A model generated the notes under the pieces. It saw only the letters and a program-made list of their open reading frames with translations, was not told the DNA's origin and searched no databases. DNA of 64,000 nucleotides, taken from the NCBI GenBank assembly GCA_951406725.2, contig OX597831.1, forward strand, positions 51,646,001 to 51,710,000. Reading direction: 5' to 3'. This document shows, piece by piece, positions 49,859 to 63,324 of this stretch. Source of the stretch: Octopus vulgaris (lineage: Eukaryota). Positions within the stretch are counted from its first letter, which is position 1. Each line of letters begins with the position of its first letter. The translations under genes and the position numbers were made by a program.

Positions 49859-50078
49859 AGTGGTGGTGTGGTGATGATATTTTTCGCGATCGTATTGAAT
49901 TATTATTATTGTAGAAACCAAGCTGAAAATACCAACATTAATTTCCACAATAGACAAAAGGAAAAACATGTAGATAACAAAAGCAACGTCAGCAGCAGCA
50001 GCAGCATCGGCAGCAGCAGCAGCACATTAAAAGCAACTGTAACAGCAACATTATCGTCAACGACGTCAGCAACAATCA
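49460..50078. repeat. Mixed low-complexity simple repeats (ACA/ACG/TG/GAT/GCA); similar tracts at 47285-47530 and 51415-52220
   Basis: Direct reading. Confidence 0.9.
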
Positions 50079-50080
50079 TA

Positions 50081-51413
50081 CGAAGTGGTATCAAAAGTTT
50101 CGCGGACGAGTTGTGTTTAGCCAAAAATAACTCATTGGCTGTGTGGTAAGTAGCTTGCTTACCAACCACATGGTTCCGGGTTCAGTCTCACTGCGTGGCA
50201 CCTTGAGCAAGTGTCTTCTACTATAGCCTCGGGCCGATCAAAGCCTTGTGAGTGGATTTGGTAGACGGAAACTGAAAGAAGCCCGTCGTATATATGTGTA
50301 TATATATAAATATATATAGATATATATATGTATGTGTGTGTGTGTGTGTGTTGTCTGTGTTTGTGCCCCCAACATCGCTTGACAACCGATGCTGGTGTGT
50401 TTACGTCCCCGTAACTTAGCGGTTCGGCAAAAGAGACCGATTGAATACTAGGCTTACAAAGAATAAGTCCTGGGGTTGATTTGCTCGACTAAAGGCGGTG
50501 CCGCCCCAGCATGGCTGCAGTCAAATGACTGAAACAAGTAAAAGAGTACCTAAGCTTTAACATGATCTCCTTCGAAATTGTCACCTTGCACAGCAATACA
50601 CGGTCCCAGCGACCCTGTCACTTTCGGAATCTGGCCTGGAAGTCGTTTTCTTTAAGCGAGTCGAGGACGTTCTGCGATTCACTCTGGATCTTGAAAATGG
50701 TGTTAAAACGGCGGGGACCTATGAGCTGCAATTTCATATTGGGGAAGAGATGGAAGCCTGCAGGTACTAAATCTGGTGAATAGGGCGGGTGTGGAAGCGA
50801 TACCATGTTTTTGGCGAGAAACTCACAAGTGAAAAGAGCTCGTTGACAGAGTGCATTGTCATCGTGAAGAATTGAATCCTTCGCGCTCCACTGATCCGGT
50901 CGCTTTCGCTGAATGTCCTCTCTCAGACGCTTCAAAACGTTGCAGTTGAACTCTCAATTGACGGTCTGGCCCTCAGGGACGAATTCACGATGCACAATAC
51001 CACATTTCCGTGGGTGATTCCCTTGGCAGGTCTTCCCGATCGCCCATCGTCTTTCAGGGACGTTCTTCCACTTTTGAAGCGCATGCGCCACTCGAAACAT
51101 TGTGTACGAGCCGTTGCTTCGTCGCCGTAAGCTTGCCGAAGCATGCTCAATGTCTCTGTAGCAGACTTCCCGAGTATAACACAAAATTTCACGGTGGTTT
51201 TTTTTGTTCTTGTCTATGACAGAATCGCAGACTACAGCATACACGTGATCACAAAAATACCAATTCCACAAGTTGCGAAGTAAAACAAAGCAATGTCACT
51301 CGGCATACTGTCTCATGAAGGTCACTGCTAACTCTCACTGCGCACGCAACCGTGTGCTGCCATCTGTTGGCGCATCACAGAACTAGTCTGGGTAAGTTTT
51401 TGATACTACCTCG
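50081..51413 (-). mobile_element. Internally deleted mariner with both TIRs and a nested SINE (50136-50547)
   Basis: TIRs CGAAGTGGTATCAAAAGTTTCGCGGAC / GTCTGGGTAAGTTTTTGATACTACCTCG; transposase pieces KFCVILGKSATETLSML...GRSGRP, ILHDDNA, HPPYSPDLVP. Confidence 0.9.
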
Positions 51414-51589
51414 TGACATCATCATCAGCAACATCGTTGACAACAATAACAAAAACAAGCATAATAGTTTCGAATAACATCGTAGTATAACCAACAACCA
51501 TAGCGACAGTAAGAACAACGACATCATCATCAGCAACAGCATCAACAACAATCTCAACAAGAACCATACCACCACTGTCATCATCATTA

Positions 51590-51785
51590 CCTATTTCTTT
51601 ATTACTCACATGGGGCTAAACATAGAGGGGACAAACAAGGACAGGCATAGGTATTAAGTCGATTACATCGACCTCAGTGATGAAAGGCAAAGTCGACCTC
51701 GGCGGAATTTGAACTCAGAACGTAACGGCAGACGAAATACCGCTAAGCATTTCGCCCGGCGTGCTAACGTTTCTGCCAGCTCGCT
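51590..51785 (-). mobile_element. tRNA-derived SINE with Nin/Deu-like core
   Basis: Reverse complement gagctggcagaaacgttagcacgccgggcgaaatgcttagcgg...ttctgagttcaaattccgccgaggtcgactttgcc. Confidence 0.85.
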
Positions 51786-51998
51786 CGTCATCATCATTGA
51801 CGCCATCGTCGTCGTCGTCGTCGTCCTCCTCCTCCTCCTCCTCCTCCTCCTCCTCCTCCTCCTCCTCATCATCATCATCATCATAGTCATTGTCATCGTC
51901 ATCCTCGTCATTGGTCGCCGTCGATGTCGTCGTCGTGATCGTGGTCGTGATCGTGGTCGTTGTCGTCATCATCGTCGTCAACAACAACGACAGCAGCG

Positions 51999-52036
<38 letters not shown>

Positions 52037-52290
52037 GAACAACAACGTTCATAGCAACAAAAGAAACGAAATATCTCCACATGAAAATCCGATATATATC
52101 CTTGAGACATCATATGGAAATATAATTGGTTATCTTGATATCGTGGTAATGGTATTGTTGTTATTGCTGATGTTGTTGGTGCTGCTGGTAATGATGGTGA
52201 TGATGATGAGGATGATTATGAGAATGACAAGGACGTCACATATACATATATGTATATATATATATATATGCATATATATATACATATACA

Positions 52291-52357
<67 letters not shown>

Positions 52358-52364
52358 ATATATG

Positions 52365-52430
<66 letters not shown>

Positions 52431-52454
52431 AACACACACACACACACACACAAA

Positions 52455-52485
<31 letters not shown>

Positions 52486-52654
52486 GTTTATACATACCCA
52501 TACATATATGTATATACTTACAAACAAGAATAATACAGCACAGGGATGGAGGATATCGGGCTTTGATAGATCACATTTGTTTCTTTATAGTTACTATATA
52601 TATGTTTCTGTCATTTGACTACGGCCACGCTGGAGCACTACCTTATATATATAT

Positions 52655-52928
52655 ATTTATTTATTAAACTGATAATTACAATAATATACATACATATAAC
52701 ATATTATGCTTTACATATAAAATATAAAATATAGTAATATATAAGGATACCAGTAATTATTATAAAATAACAAACATGAGTATAAATTGGGAATGTTTGT
52801 TATTTTATAATAATTACTGGTATCCTTATATATTCCTATATTTTATATTTTATATCTTATATCTTAATGTAAAGAATAATATGTTATATGTATGTATATT
52901 ATTGTAATTATCAGTTTAGTAAATAAAT
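52655..52928. repeat. Inverted repeat, ~125-bp AT-rich arms, with tail to ~53165 and (TA)n
   Basis: 52655-52777 pairs with 52793-52928 apart from a small indel. Confidence 0.88.
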
Positions 52929-53288
52929 AAATAAATAAATTAATATTATGTCTAAAAGTTGATGAACCACCTATTGATCTCCTCCATTTTCTTATTGCTA
53001 TATAAATTAATGGTAAAATATCTCTTTACCTTCACCCATTTAGTACATTGGAATGCAATAAAAAACACTTGTGTATTAATAATTGGGTATTCTACCAGCA
53101 GTATATTGGATAGATATTATCCCTTAGTTGGTTGGATTCACAACATCTAACTTTCTTGGAGTTAATATATATATATATATATACCGGAGTAAACACATAA
53201 ATGTGAAACAAGGTGGAAAAAAAGAGTACTCAAATACCAGTGGTAGAGTAATATGCTTTATTTAAAGCAGCAGAAAATTCTACAAAAC

Positions 53289-53326
53289 CTGTTACTCTGA
53301 GTTTCACGTTGCCGTTCATCTGACAG
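53289..53326 (-). ncRNA. Minimal type I hammerhead, position-4 variant, in PLE-like remnant 53184-53335 (predicted)
   Basis: Minus strand CTGT-CAGATGA-ACG(GCAA)CGT-GAAA-CTCAGA-GTA-ACAG, followed by AATAAA and a tail ending in (TA)n. Confidence 0.7.
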
Positions 53327-53906
53327 TTTTTGCTCGGGTAACCCTACAGCTTCCAAGAGCACAACTGTATTCGTTTTTGCTTAGATAAAATGACAAAATT
53401 GTGGGTGTTAAGTCCCCATGGAGGGGTCTTTCTAACTTTGTAAGAAGATGAAATTTTATAAATATTACTTCATTTGTGTCTAATATCTATGATTAAAATT
53501 TCATCAACAGCAAAAATATATGAATTGTCATGGGGGTTATGGCCCTTATGCTTAGAATATAATTTCCAAATTTTATAAAGATCCATTCAGTACTTTTGAC
53601 CTAGTTTTGGATCATAAAAGAAATGACTAAAATTTGGGAGTTAAGGCACCCATTAGGGTGTTATATATATATATAGATAGATAGATAGATACACACACAC
53701 ACAAAAAAATAAATTGATAGATACAACTGAGTGGGCAAACAAAAATATGAGACACAGCCTAGTGCTTTTTTATGTTGATAAGCCTAGTACTTATTCTATT
53801 AGTTTGTTCTTGTGAAACCAGTAAGTTTTGTGGATGTAAATAAATGAACAGCAGTTGTGAAGCAGTGATGAAGGCGAAACACAGACACAAAGACACACAT
53901 ATACAC

Positions 53907-54026
<120 letters not shown>

Positions 54027-54068
54027 GATTGATTTGTTTCAGTTCCTGTCTACGAAATCCATATATAT

Positions 54069-56800
54069 GGTTGTTGGCATCCTTTTTGTCTCGGGAGACA
54101 ATGGAGTTGCGCATAAAATAATCTAGTCCGGCTTTTACATTTCATGTCCTAATACATCTCCTGCTGTGGCTGTGTAGTCCTATCCTGGACAAACACTCCC
54201 TCTTGCAGGTGCCGCAAATGTAGCGAAGACTTTGCCTGGCTGGTTGTAATGTCATTCTTTCTTGTTGACGTCTTTTCTTGTCTTTCCATTTCTCCTCTCC
54301 CTCTATGTCACTCCTTTGTGTTCCCTCTTTTACGGTACGTCGCCAATCTCCAAGGTTGCTGGCAACTGCTTCCCAGTTGGTAATATTGATGTTTCAGGCA
54401 TTCATGTCCTTTTTGCAAACATCCTTGTGTCGTAAGAACGGTCTTCCCACAGACCTTGTGCCCCTAGCAAGCTCTCCGTTGAGTATGTCCTTGGGGATTC
54501 TGCCATCTTCCATACGGCTAACATGTCGAAGCCATCTCATACGTCTTTGTGTGAGGAGTGTAAACATGCTTGGTATTCCTGCTTGCTTGAGGACATCTTT
54601 GTTGGGGACATGATTCTGCCATTTGATGCGAAGGATTTTCCGGAGGCAGCACAGGTGAAAAATATTTAGGTGACCTATGGCGTCGTATGGCGTGTGTATA
54701 GCGTCCAAGTATCACTTCCATACAGTAGAGTGCTAAGTACACATGTCTGGTAAATCTTCATTTTTGTGGTCTTGGTCAGCTTATTGTTGTCCCATGCCCG
54801 TTTGGAGAGTTGGGCCATCACAGCAGCTGCCTTGCCAATGCGTATATTGAGCTCAGTATCAAGGGATAGGTTGTAGGTGACGGTAGAGCCAAGATAGGTA
54901 AACTTCTCCACCTCCTGTTGTCTGTGGTCTCCAATATGTATGTTTGGGATGGTCGATGTAGCCTGACCCATGATGTTAGTCTTCTTGAGGCTGATAAATA
55001 AGCCAAAGTTGCCACATACTTGCTCAAAACAGTTGATGAGCCTTTGTAGGGCTTCTTCTGTGTGTGATACCAGAGCGGCATCATCAGCAAATAGCATCTC
55101 CTTGATCAAGATGCTTCTGATTTTGGTCTTGGCACGCAGACGCGAGAGATTGAACAGTTTTCCATCACTTCTACTGTGCAGAAACACTCCATCATCTGAT
55201 GTCACAAAGGCATGTGACAGCAGCAGCGAGAAGATGCCAAATAATGTAGGAGCAAGGACACAACCTTGCTTTACCCCATTTTTTATTTGGAAGGCGGCTG
55301 ATGTTGAACCATTGTGCTGTATGGTGCCTTGCATATCATCATGGAAAGATGTGATGATCCTCAGCAGCTTTGGTGGACATCCAATTTTTTTGGAGTAGGA
55401 TGAAGAGGCCTTTTCTACTTACCAAGTCAAAGGCCTTTGTCAGATCAATGAAGGTCATATATAATGGCATTTTCTGCTCTCTGGACTTCTCCTGAAGTTG
55501 GCGTATGGAGAATATCATGTCAATAGTTGATCTGCTTCTTCTAAAGCCACACTGCGATTCTGGATAAATTCGAGAAGCAAGCAGTTGCAGCCTGGCCAGG
55601 ATAATGCGAGCAGAGGCCTTTCCAACAGTGCTTAGAAGAGATATTCCACGGTAATTGTTATAATCACCACGGTCACCTTTGTTTTTGTAAAGCGTAATGA
55701 TGTTAGCATCCCGCATATCCTGAGGAACTGTATCCTCTTCCCAGCACTGACACAGAAGCTCATGAATGTGCCGAAGCAGGATGGTGTTTTTGCCGGTTTT
55801 GATGATCTCTAAGGGGATGCCGTCTTTTCCCGGAGCCTTGTTTCTTGCTAGGGAGTCAATAGCCTTGGTGAGCTCTGCTATAGATGGCAGACTGTCAAGT
55901 TCACACATGACTGACAAGATCATGACACCCTCGATTGCAGCCTCAGCTACCGTGGTCTCTCGTGAGTAGAGATCCTGGTAGTACTCCACCCATCTATCCA
56001 TTTGCTTGCTTTGGTCCTTGATAAGATCCCCAGTAGTTGATTTCAGAGGGGCTGACTTGGTTGCGGATGGACCGAGGGCCTTCTTCAAACCGGCATACAT
56101 CCCACGGGTGTCGCCACTGTCAGCAGCTGACTGGATACTCTGACAGATTTCCTGCCAATACCTATTTGCACAAAGTCTAGCAGTCAGTTGGGTTTTATTT
56201 CTTGCCTTTCTGAGTTCTTCGAGTGACTTTATAGAAGAATCCCTCTTGTATTACATCAGAGCTGCACGCTTTGTTTCGATAACTGTTTCCAGCTCTGAGA
56301 GTCCAGCACTGAACAAAATCTGGGTTTTGCCTTTCTCTCATGCCGAAAGTATCTATTGATGTGGTATACAAAGCTTCCCTGATATAATTCCACCTACTTT
56401 CAGCAGAGGTGGTTGGGCGGCTACTGAGGGCAACTTTGATAGAAACAGCAAAACATTGTCGCTGTGTAGGGTCGGAGGTTCTGGCAGTGTTAATGCGTGG
56501 TCGGCTCATTTTCTTGGAGTGATAGACTTTTTAGGCAGAATCCTCACCCTGCTTCTTATTAGTGAATGATTTGTGTCACAATCCGCGCTGTGGTAACTAT
56601 GAGTCAGTTGAAAAGAATTCAGAAAGGGTCTTCGTGTAATGATGAGATCCAGCTGATACCAGTGGTGAGATCTTGGATGTCTCCAAGATGCCTTGTGGGA
56701 TGTCTTATTGGGAAAGAATGTGTTAGTGATGCACAGGTTATGGTATGTGCAAAATTCAAGTAGTCTCTGGTCATTGTCATTCATGTTGCCAATACCAAAA
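54069..56800 (-). mobile_element. 5'-truncated RTE-clade LINE (end of AP endonuclease plus RT), frameshifted
   Basis: SWRHPRSHHWYQLDLII, SADCDTNH, KAPGKDGIP, NYRGISLL, ESQCGFR, FIDLTKAFD, GVKQGCVLAPTLF, LFADD, FTYLGS, LLYGSDTW motifs across ORFs 56823-54394. Confidence 0.95.
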
Positions 56801-56867
56801 CACATACACTTACATATATACATACATATATATACGATCGATTTGTTTCAGTTCCTGTCTGAGAAAT

Positions 56868-56916
<49 letters not shown>

Positions 56917-57639
56917 TACACAGACACACATACATATATATTTGGAATTTATAAAAGAAACGAACAAAAGACGAAGACGGGTGTGTAAACAGCAAACAGG
57001 TTTATTAGTTTAACGCTCCGGACTTAGGAAAATTTATATAGGGAGTACTACTAATTTTAAAATTAGATATAGGGGACACAAGAATTCCTTTATTCACCCC
57101 TATGTAAAAAATTACAGACATTTTAGTATGTTGTAAGCATAAATATTTAGCGTCTTATAATTTTCTTAAACTTTAAAATATAATTTTTAGAATATAAAAG
57201 CTTTTTGAAAATTCGGTCCAATTAGATCATTAGATCCAATGAACACTTATGCACAAACCTGTAATCTTAAATTATTTTTTTATAGTAGAGTGTGGAATAT
57301 TCCCATTGGCTATTATTTGCATGATTAACTAAAGTTAACCTTTCAATGAATTCCATTTCTTATTTAAACGTGGTAATCCTCTTGAAAATCTGTCACTTAT
57401 TCATCGATACTCAAAAACTGAACTTTCACCAACTGAATACTCACCATGTAGTGCCTTAATGCTTTTTGCGGGATTTTACCTCGAGAAAGGAATCCTGAGG
57501 AAGGAGGGCTGAATTTCGAATACTTCGTACAACCACTTTTCTGAAATGGCTGCAGGTTAAAAAAAAAATTTTAATCGCCTCTTTCAATTTAGGTTTTTAT
57601 TTTTCATGTTTATATTCGTATTTCATTGTTATGTTTATA

Positions 57640-58205
57640 TTGGGTTGTCCGGAAAGTTCGTTCCGATTTTTAAAGGAAAGTAAAGGTCACTAAATACTTG
57701 CCATTACATTTTTAATGAACCAAATCTGAACCTTTTTGTTGCACAATACGTCTCCATCTTTCCTTTACCTTGAAAATACCCTCTTCCTAGAATTGGGGTG
57801 GTTTCAAGGCAAAGAATTCGTCAAGGTATCGTTTTACGTCATCTAAGGAATTGAAATTTTTACCATTAAGACTTTTCTGCAGAGACCTGAATAAGTGGAA
57901 ATCCAAGGGAGCAATATCTGGGAAATAGGGAGGGTGGGGGTAACACATCCCAGCCGAGCTGCAGCAATTTTTGTCTGGTTCCCAAAGCATCAAGTGCCGA
58001 AAATTAACTTTCTCATCTTTTATTTTAAAGGGTTACAAAATTAACACAGGTTATAGGAACATAAACCTTCTTCCACAAAAAGATAGCTTAAACTGTACTC
58101 TAAATGGAGGTGTAGTCAAATCCTATTTTATGGACTCAAACATGTTCTAAAATAAGTCGAAAGATAAGCTACTATAAATCGGCACGAACTTTCCGGACAA
58201 CCCAA
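57640..58205 (-). mobile_element. Internally deleted mariner with near-perfect TIRs
   Basis: TTGGGTTGTCCGGAAAGTTCGTTCCGATTT / AAATCGGCACGAACTTTCCGGACAACCCAA, TA flanks; PHPPYFPDIAPLDFHLFRSLQKSL peptide. Confidence 0.92.
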
Positions 58206-59254
58206 TATTTCTATATTTTTATCATGAAACTCTTAACATAAATATGTGTATATTCGTATGTGCTACATCTGAATTTTCTTGTCTGAATGTTTTAAGACAA
58301 ATATCCGAAATTTTTATCGTATACCACATTTTATTAATATTTAGCTCATATACGGAGACAAAAATGTTGTACTATATACTGCAGGCTATCTCCATTAAAA
58401 CTCTCGTATTATATACATTATATATATAAGATATACACACTGGCGAAAATAAATTTAAGACCGATGATAAAAGTTCTATTTCTTGCAGAATATTCTGTTA
58501 CTAGTCCTTTGCCGATCTTTATATTGACCAGTCTCCGAGTATAACTTCCACGCTTGCACGCAAGCCGGTTTACTGCACTTTAGTTGCTTGCTGATGTTCG
58601 AAAAGGAAACTTTTTGCTGTAATATACGAATTTTGCTCTCGTGACTGGACTAAAGCTACGTTGTGCTTTAGCTTCGTTATTATGGCAACAGTCCGGATAC
58701 TTATTGATCAGACCTCGTACATTTATATAGATGTGCGTGTACATTCATATATATATGTGTGTGTGCGTGTGTTTGCATATAGATCTAAATGTGTGATTGT
58801 TCGTTTGTCTAACAATCCACTATTTATTGTGGGTTCTCTGTGTAATAACAATCATTCCTCCTAGGGAAAGAATATTTCACGTGAGATCACACGAAGTAAG
58901 CTAAAACCAGCAGTAACAACAGATACCATTCCATTATCAGTTAAGAGTTGGAAGCAGTGTAAGAAATTCACAATACGTTCTTTTGTCATAGCTTCACCAT
59001 TTCTACAGACGTCTGAGCTGGATCGACACTTCTGGCGATGTTGAGAACAACCGCTTATATTTTTACTTTCTCATACACCAGTTGTACAAATATTTGCTGT
59101 TGTCACAGCTGATCATACATTTCCATATATACACGCACGCACGCACGCACGCATGTCTGTATATATTTATAAGCATATATACATATGTTTAAAAGTATGT
59201 GTGCATGTGAGTTCTTCTCCGGATTTATGCTTTTTTAATAAAACGATATATATA

Positions 59255-59440
59255 CTCTCTTTTACTCTTTTACTTGTTTCAGTCATTTGACTGCGGCCAT
59301 GCTGGACCACCGCCTTTAATCGAGCAACTCGACCCCGGGAATTATTCTTTTGTAAGCTAAGTAACGGGGACATAAACACACCAGCATCGGTTGTCAAGCA
59401 ATGCTAGGGGGACAAACACAGATACACAAACACAGACACA

Positions 59441-59514
<74 letters not shown>

Positions 59515-59658
59515 TACGACGGGCTTCTTTCAGTTTCCGTCTACCAAATCCACTCACAAGGCTTTGGTCGGCCCGAGGCTATAGTAGGTGCCACGCAGTG
59601 GACTGAACTCGGAACGATGTGGTTGGTAAACAAGCTACTTACCACACAGCCACTCCCG

Positions 59659-59660
<2 letters not shown>
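59255..59660 (-). mobile_element. Abundant ~400-bp tRNA-derived SINE
   Basis: Reverse complement of 59977-60381 with small deletions. Confidence 0.9.
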
Positions 59661-59727
<67 letters not shown>

Positions 59728-59976
59728 CACATATATATGCTGTAGAGATTTATAAGGCATGCCAAATATTCTCCATCTGAGATTCTGTAGAAGAATAGAT
59801 GTACACACATGGATGTGTGTATCAACAGTTCAACCAGCACACCAACTCAATCTCATATTGACAAATAGTGGGAACACTCTTAACTCAAAAAATCTTGTCG
59901 CTTTGTTAGCAATTGCCTTGAAATCTCTCAAGAAGAACTTAAATTGAACACAAAGAAAACTCATACATACATACAT

Positions 59977-60381
59977 AGGCGTAGGAGTGGCTGTGTGGTA
60001 AGTAGCTTGTTTACCAACCACATGGTTCCGGGTTCAGTCCCACTGCGTGGCACCTTGGGCAAGTGTCTTCTACTATAGCCTCGGGCCGACTAAAGCCTTG
60101 TGAGTGGATTTGGTAGACGGAAACTGAAAGAAGCCCGTCGTATATATGTATATATATATATGCGTGTGTGTCTGTGTTTGTCCCCCTAGCATTGCTTGAC
60201 AACCGATGCTGGTGTGTTTATGTCCCCGTTACTTAGCGGTTCGGCAAAAGAGACCGATAGAATAAGTACTGGGCTTACAAAGAATAAGTCCTGGGGTCGA
60301 TTTGCTCGACTAAAGGCGGTGCTCCAGCATGGCCGCAGTCAAATGACAGAAACAAGTAAAAGAGTAAAAAAGTAAAAGAGT
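59977..60381 (+). mobile_element. Full-length ~400-bp tRNA-derived SINE with internal (TA/TG)n and (AAAAGAGT)n tail
   Basis: A-box-like TGGCTGTGTGG, B-box-like GGTTCAGTCCC; about ten related copies in this window. Confidence 0.92.
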
Positions 60382-60383
60382 AA

Positions 60384-60800
60384 TACATACATACATACAT
60401 ACATACATACATAACACAGACAAATTCACATTTGAAACTTGAGAAAAGTCTTGCATTTTTTTACTGTTCCACTCACAGATTGCACTTGTAATGTACGAAT
60501 TAGTCGGTCGATTTCTCTTTCTGTAGATCCCAGTTCATCCAAATTCTCCTTTAAGCATTTACTAACAAAATCTATTGCTCCAATTATTATCGGTATGAAT
60601 ATGAGTTCATAGTTTGGATATAGAAGCTGGAGGTTTCGAAGCTGTTGTCCATAGATATCCTCTTTTTCTTTGATTTTCAAAGAGGTATTTACATCTGCAG
60701 AGCAGCTGACCTCTATGATGGTACATACCTTTGCCCCTGTGTCCTAAACAACAATATTCGGCCTAATTTTTACATTTGACAGAAGTTTTGATAGGAATTT
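60384..60800 (-). mobile_element. 3' end of an RLE-type (R4/Dong-like) non-LTR retrotransposon with (TATG)n tail
   Basis: Minus frame RPNIVV*DTGAKVCTIIEVSC...KIKEKEDIYGQ...IPIIIGA resembles the PD..D restriction-like endonuclease; weaker relative at ~33420-33600. Confidence 0.75.
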
Positions 60801-61438
60801 TCCACCGGTATTCCTTGAGTTGGTGTTTATGTCAGTCTGTCTGTCTTTCTGTCTGTATATATGTATGAATGTATGCATGTATGTATGTGCGCGTGTGTTG
60901 TTTGTTGTGTAGTGATTGTGGTGGTGGTGTGTATGTGTGTGACTCCATTGCTGCAATCTAAGTTAAGAAACAGCGATCTATTGTTTTATGTTTGTATTAA
61001 ACTTAGATTTTCCACTTGGTGGTGGGGAAAAGCTTTCTAAAGAATAAAAAGGCTAGAAGGAAAAAGATGGGTGATGAGGTAGAGTTTGTAATAGATCTAA
61101 AGGATAAGGTATACCTATATATAGGTTTCTTCTTACAAGGCTACGATGCAAAAGAAAGGAATACAGTTGTTACAATCAGCTCTAATGTATTAATAGTATT
61201 TGTACGATCTAACGAGTTAACCATTATGCATTCCCTCGATCTGATAAAAATAGTTGCTAAGTCAGACTTGAAATTAAACAAAAAAAAAAAATGACAAAAA
61301 GAACAAAAGATTAAAAAAAAAACCCAGATCAACTTTTGTCATGAGGTCTTAGATATACTATGTATGTAAAATAAAAAGACGAGACGTTCACACAGGGCCG
61401 AGATTAAGACTCTAAGCACTTAAAAGATTTTGGTTCCT

Positions 61439-61507
<69 letters not shown>

Positions 61508-61749
61508 AATAAACCATAACATAAATTTATATTTTTCAAAATGAAACAGAAAGATGGAAAATAATGTTTTTTTAAATTTTTACACCATGAACACTTCGAA
61601 ATGATATTTTCAATCACTTAAACAACTTCGAATATCATTTTAGCAAGTTTAAAGTGATTTCTTTTGTGCCGTAAATCATTTACCATTTCTGTGGTTCGTC
61701 CTTCCCTAGATGCCCTAACCGCGTGCTTATTTTGCTTAATGGTTAATCA

Positions 61750-63324
61750 AGTACTGATCTACACTTGTATACGCATACCTAGACATGACTTTTTTGAAGA
61801 AAACTGCCCATGCATGCAAGTTTATTCTCTCCATACTAACGATGTTTATCCAAGAGGAAGGCCACAAACGTACCAGTAATAATGCCTGGTACGAGAACGT
61901 CACAGTCATTATTACTGTCACAACGCAAAGACATTTCACCAAACCATGGAATGGTTCCACCAATTCTGGCTTGATTTTTATTTTTATATAGACCGCGAAA
62001 GAACGAAAAATAAAGTTGAAAAAAAAAAATACATGTCGCCTGATCTACATAAGATAAAACTTCGGATGGGGGAAAATGCCGCATCTATGCCTCGATAGTA
62101 GCATTATCGCTCTAGTGTGACGGGACAAGAAAAACGTCCGCATGTTGTCCACAGTGCTTTCCGCAAGCATGAAGGACACTAGGATACTAGATGCGGATGG
62201 TAAACCGATAATGAAACCAAGTGTGTTTTGTACAATGAAAGGGTGGGTGGCGTGAATCGTTCAGATCAGTTGGCGGCGACACACAAATCGGCCAGAAAAT
62301 TTGTGAAATGGTATAAAATAAATTTCCTTGTATATTGTTGACATGTGTATCATCAATTCTCATTTGATTTGGCAGATGCTTCGAGGTGACAGGGATGGAT
62401 CGAAAGTTCGAGATTTATTATTCCGCAGAATTATAAAAGTGTCAGATCTACCAAGGTACCGAACACGAATACGTTTCCACGCCGGACACTCTTCTCGCCG
62501 CATAGTGAAGGGATATGGGTATTTCTAAAGATTGTTTATCCCCCAACGCAGTGAAGGCAAATACGACAAATAAATGTACTGAGCAAAAAGCTGAAGGGAA
62601 ACGAAAGGAGACCAGATACGTTTGTTCTGATTGTAATACGCCGCTGTAACATGGCACCATGTTTTGAGACGTATCACACTAAAGTTAATTTTGAATTAAC
62701 TTGTGTAATGTGATTGTATAAAGCATGCAAGGGCGATGTGCGGCCCTCGACATGTTGTTGTGCGGCGAGTTTCTCGATTACTAATTTCATACTAAAATAA
62801 ATAAAATTTCATACTAAGACAAATAAAATTTCATAGGCGCAGGAGTGGCTGTGTGGTAAGTAGCTTGCTTACCAACCACATGGTTCCGGGTCAGTCCCAC
62901 TGCGTGGCACCTTGGGCAGGTGTCTTCTACTATAGCCTCGGGCCGACCAATGCCTTGTGAGTGGATTTGGTAGACGGAAACTGAAAGAAGCCCGTCGTAT
63001 ATATGTATATATATATATGTGCGTGTGTGTTTGTGTGTCTGTGTTTGTCCCCCTAGCATTGCTTGACAACCGATGCTGGTGTGTTTATGTCCCCGTTACT
63101 TAGCGGTTCGGCAAAAGAGACCGATAGAATAAGTACTGGGCTTACAAAGAATAAGTCCCGGGGTCGAGTTGCTCGATTAAAGGTGGTGCTCCAGCATGGC
63201 CGTAGTCAAATGACTGAAACAAGTAAAAGAGTAAAAGAGAGTAAGAGTATACCGAGACAAATAAACTTTTATACTAAGACAAATAAGATTAAGAAGAACT
63301 GCAAAAAATTCAGTGTTTAAAGGG
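61750..63324 (+). mobile_element. Degenerate piggyBac 3' half with a nested SINE (62835-63249)
   Basis: YNERVGGVNRSDQL, KWYKINFLYIVDMCIINSHLIW, ETRYVCSDCNTPL/CFETYHT Cys-rich end; terminus AAAGGG|TTAA at 63324. Confidence 0.85.

Noticed and set aside
51663-52355. Acidic, poly-Arg and poly-Ala ORFs (also 49540-50169, 47236-47532)
   Set aside because: Trinucleotide low-complexity tracts interleaved with SINE and mariner pieces; no splice or domain support.
57496-57535. CTGAGGA...GAAT-ACTTCGTA hammerhead-like string
   Set aside because: No stem I pairing, weak stem II and an altered GAAA box.
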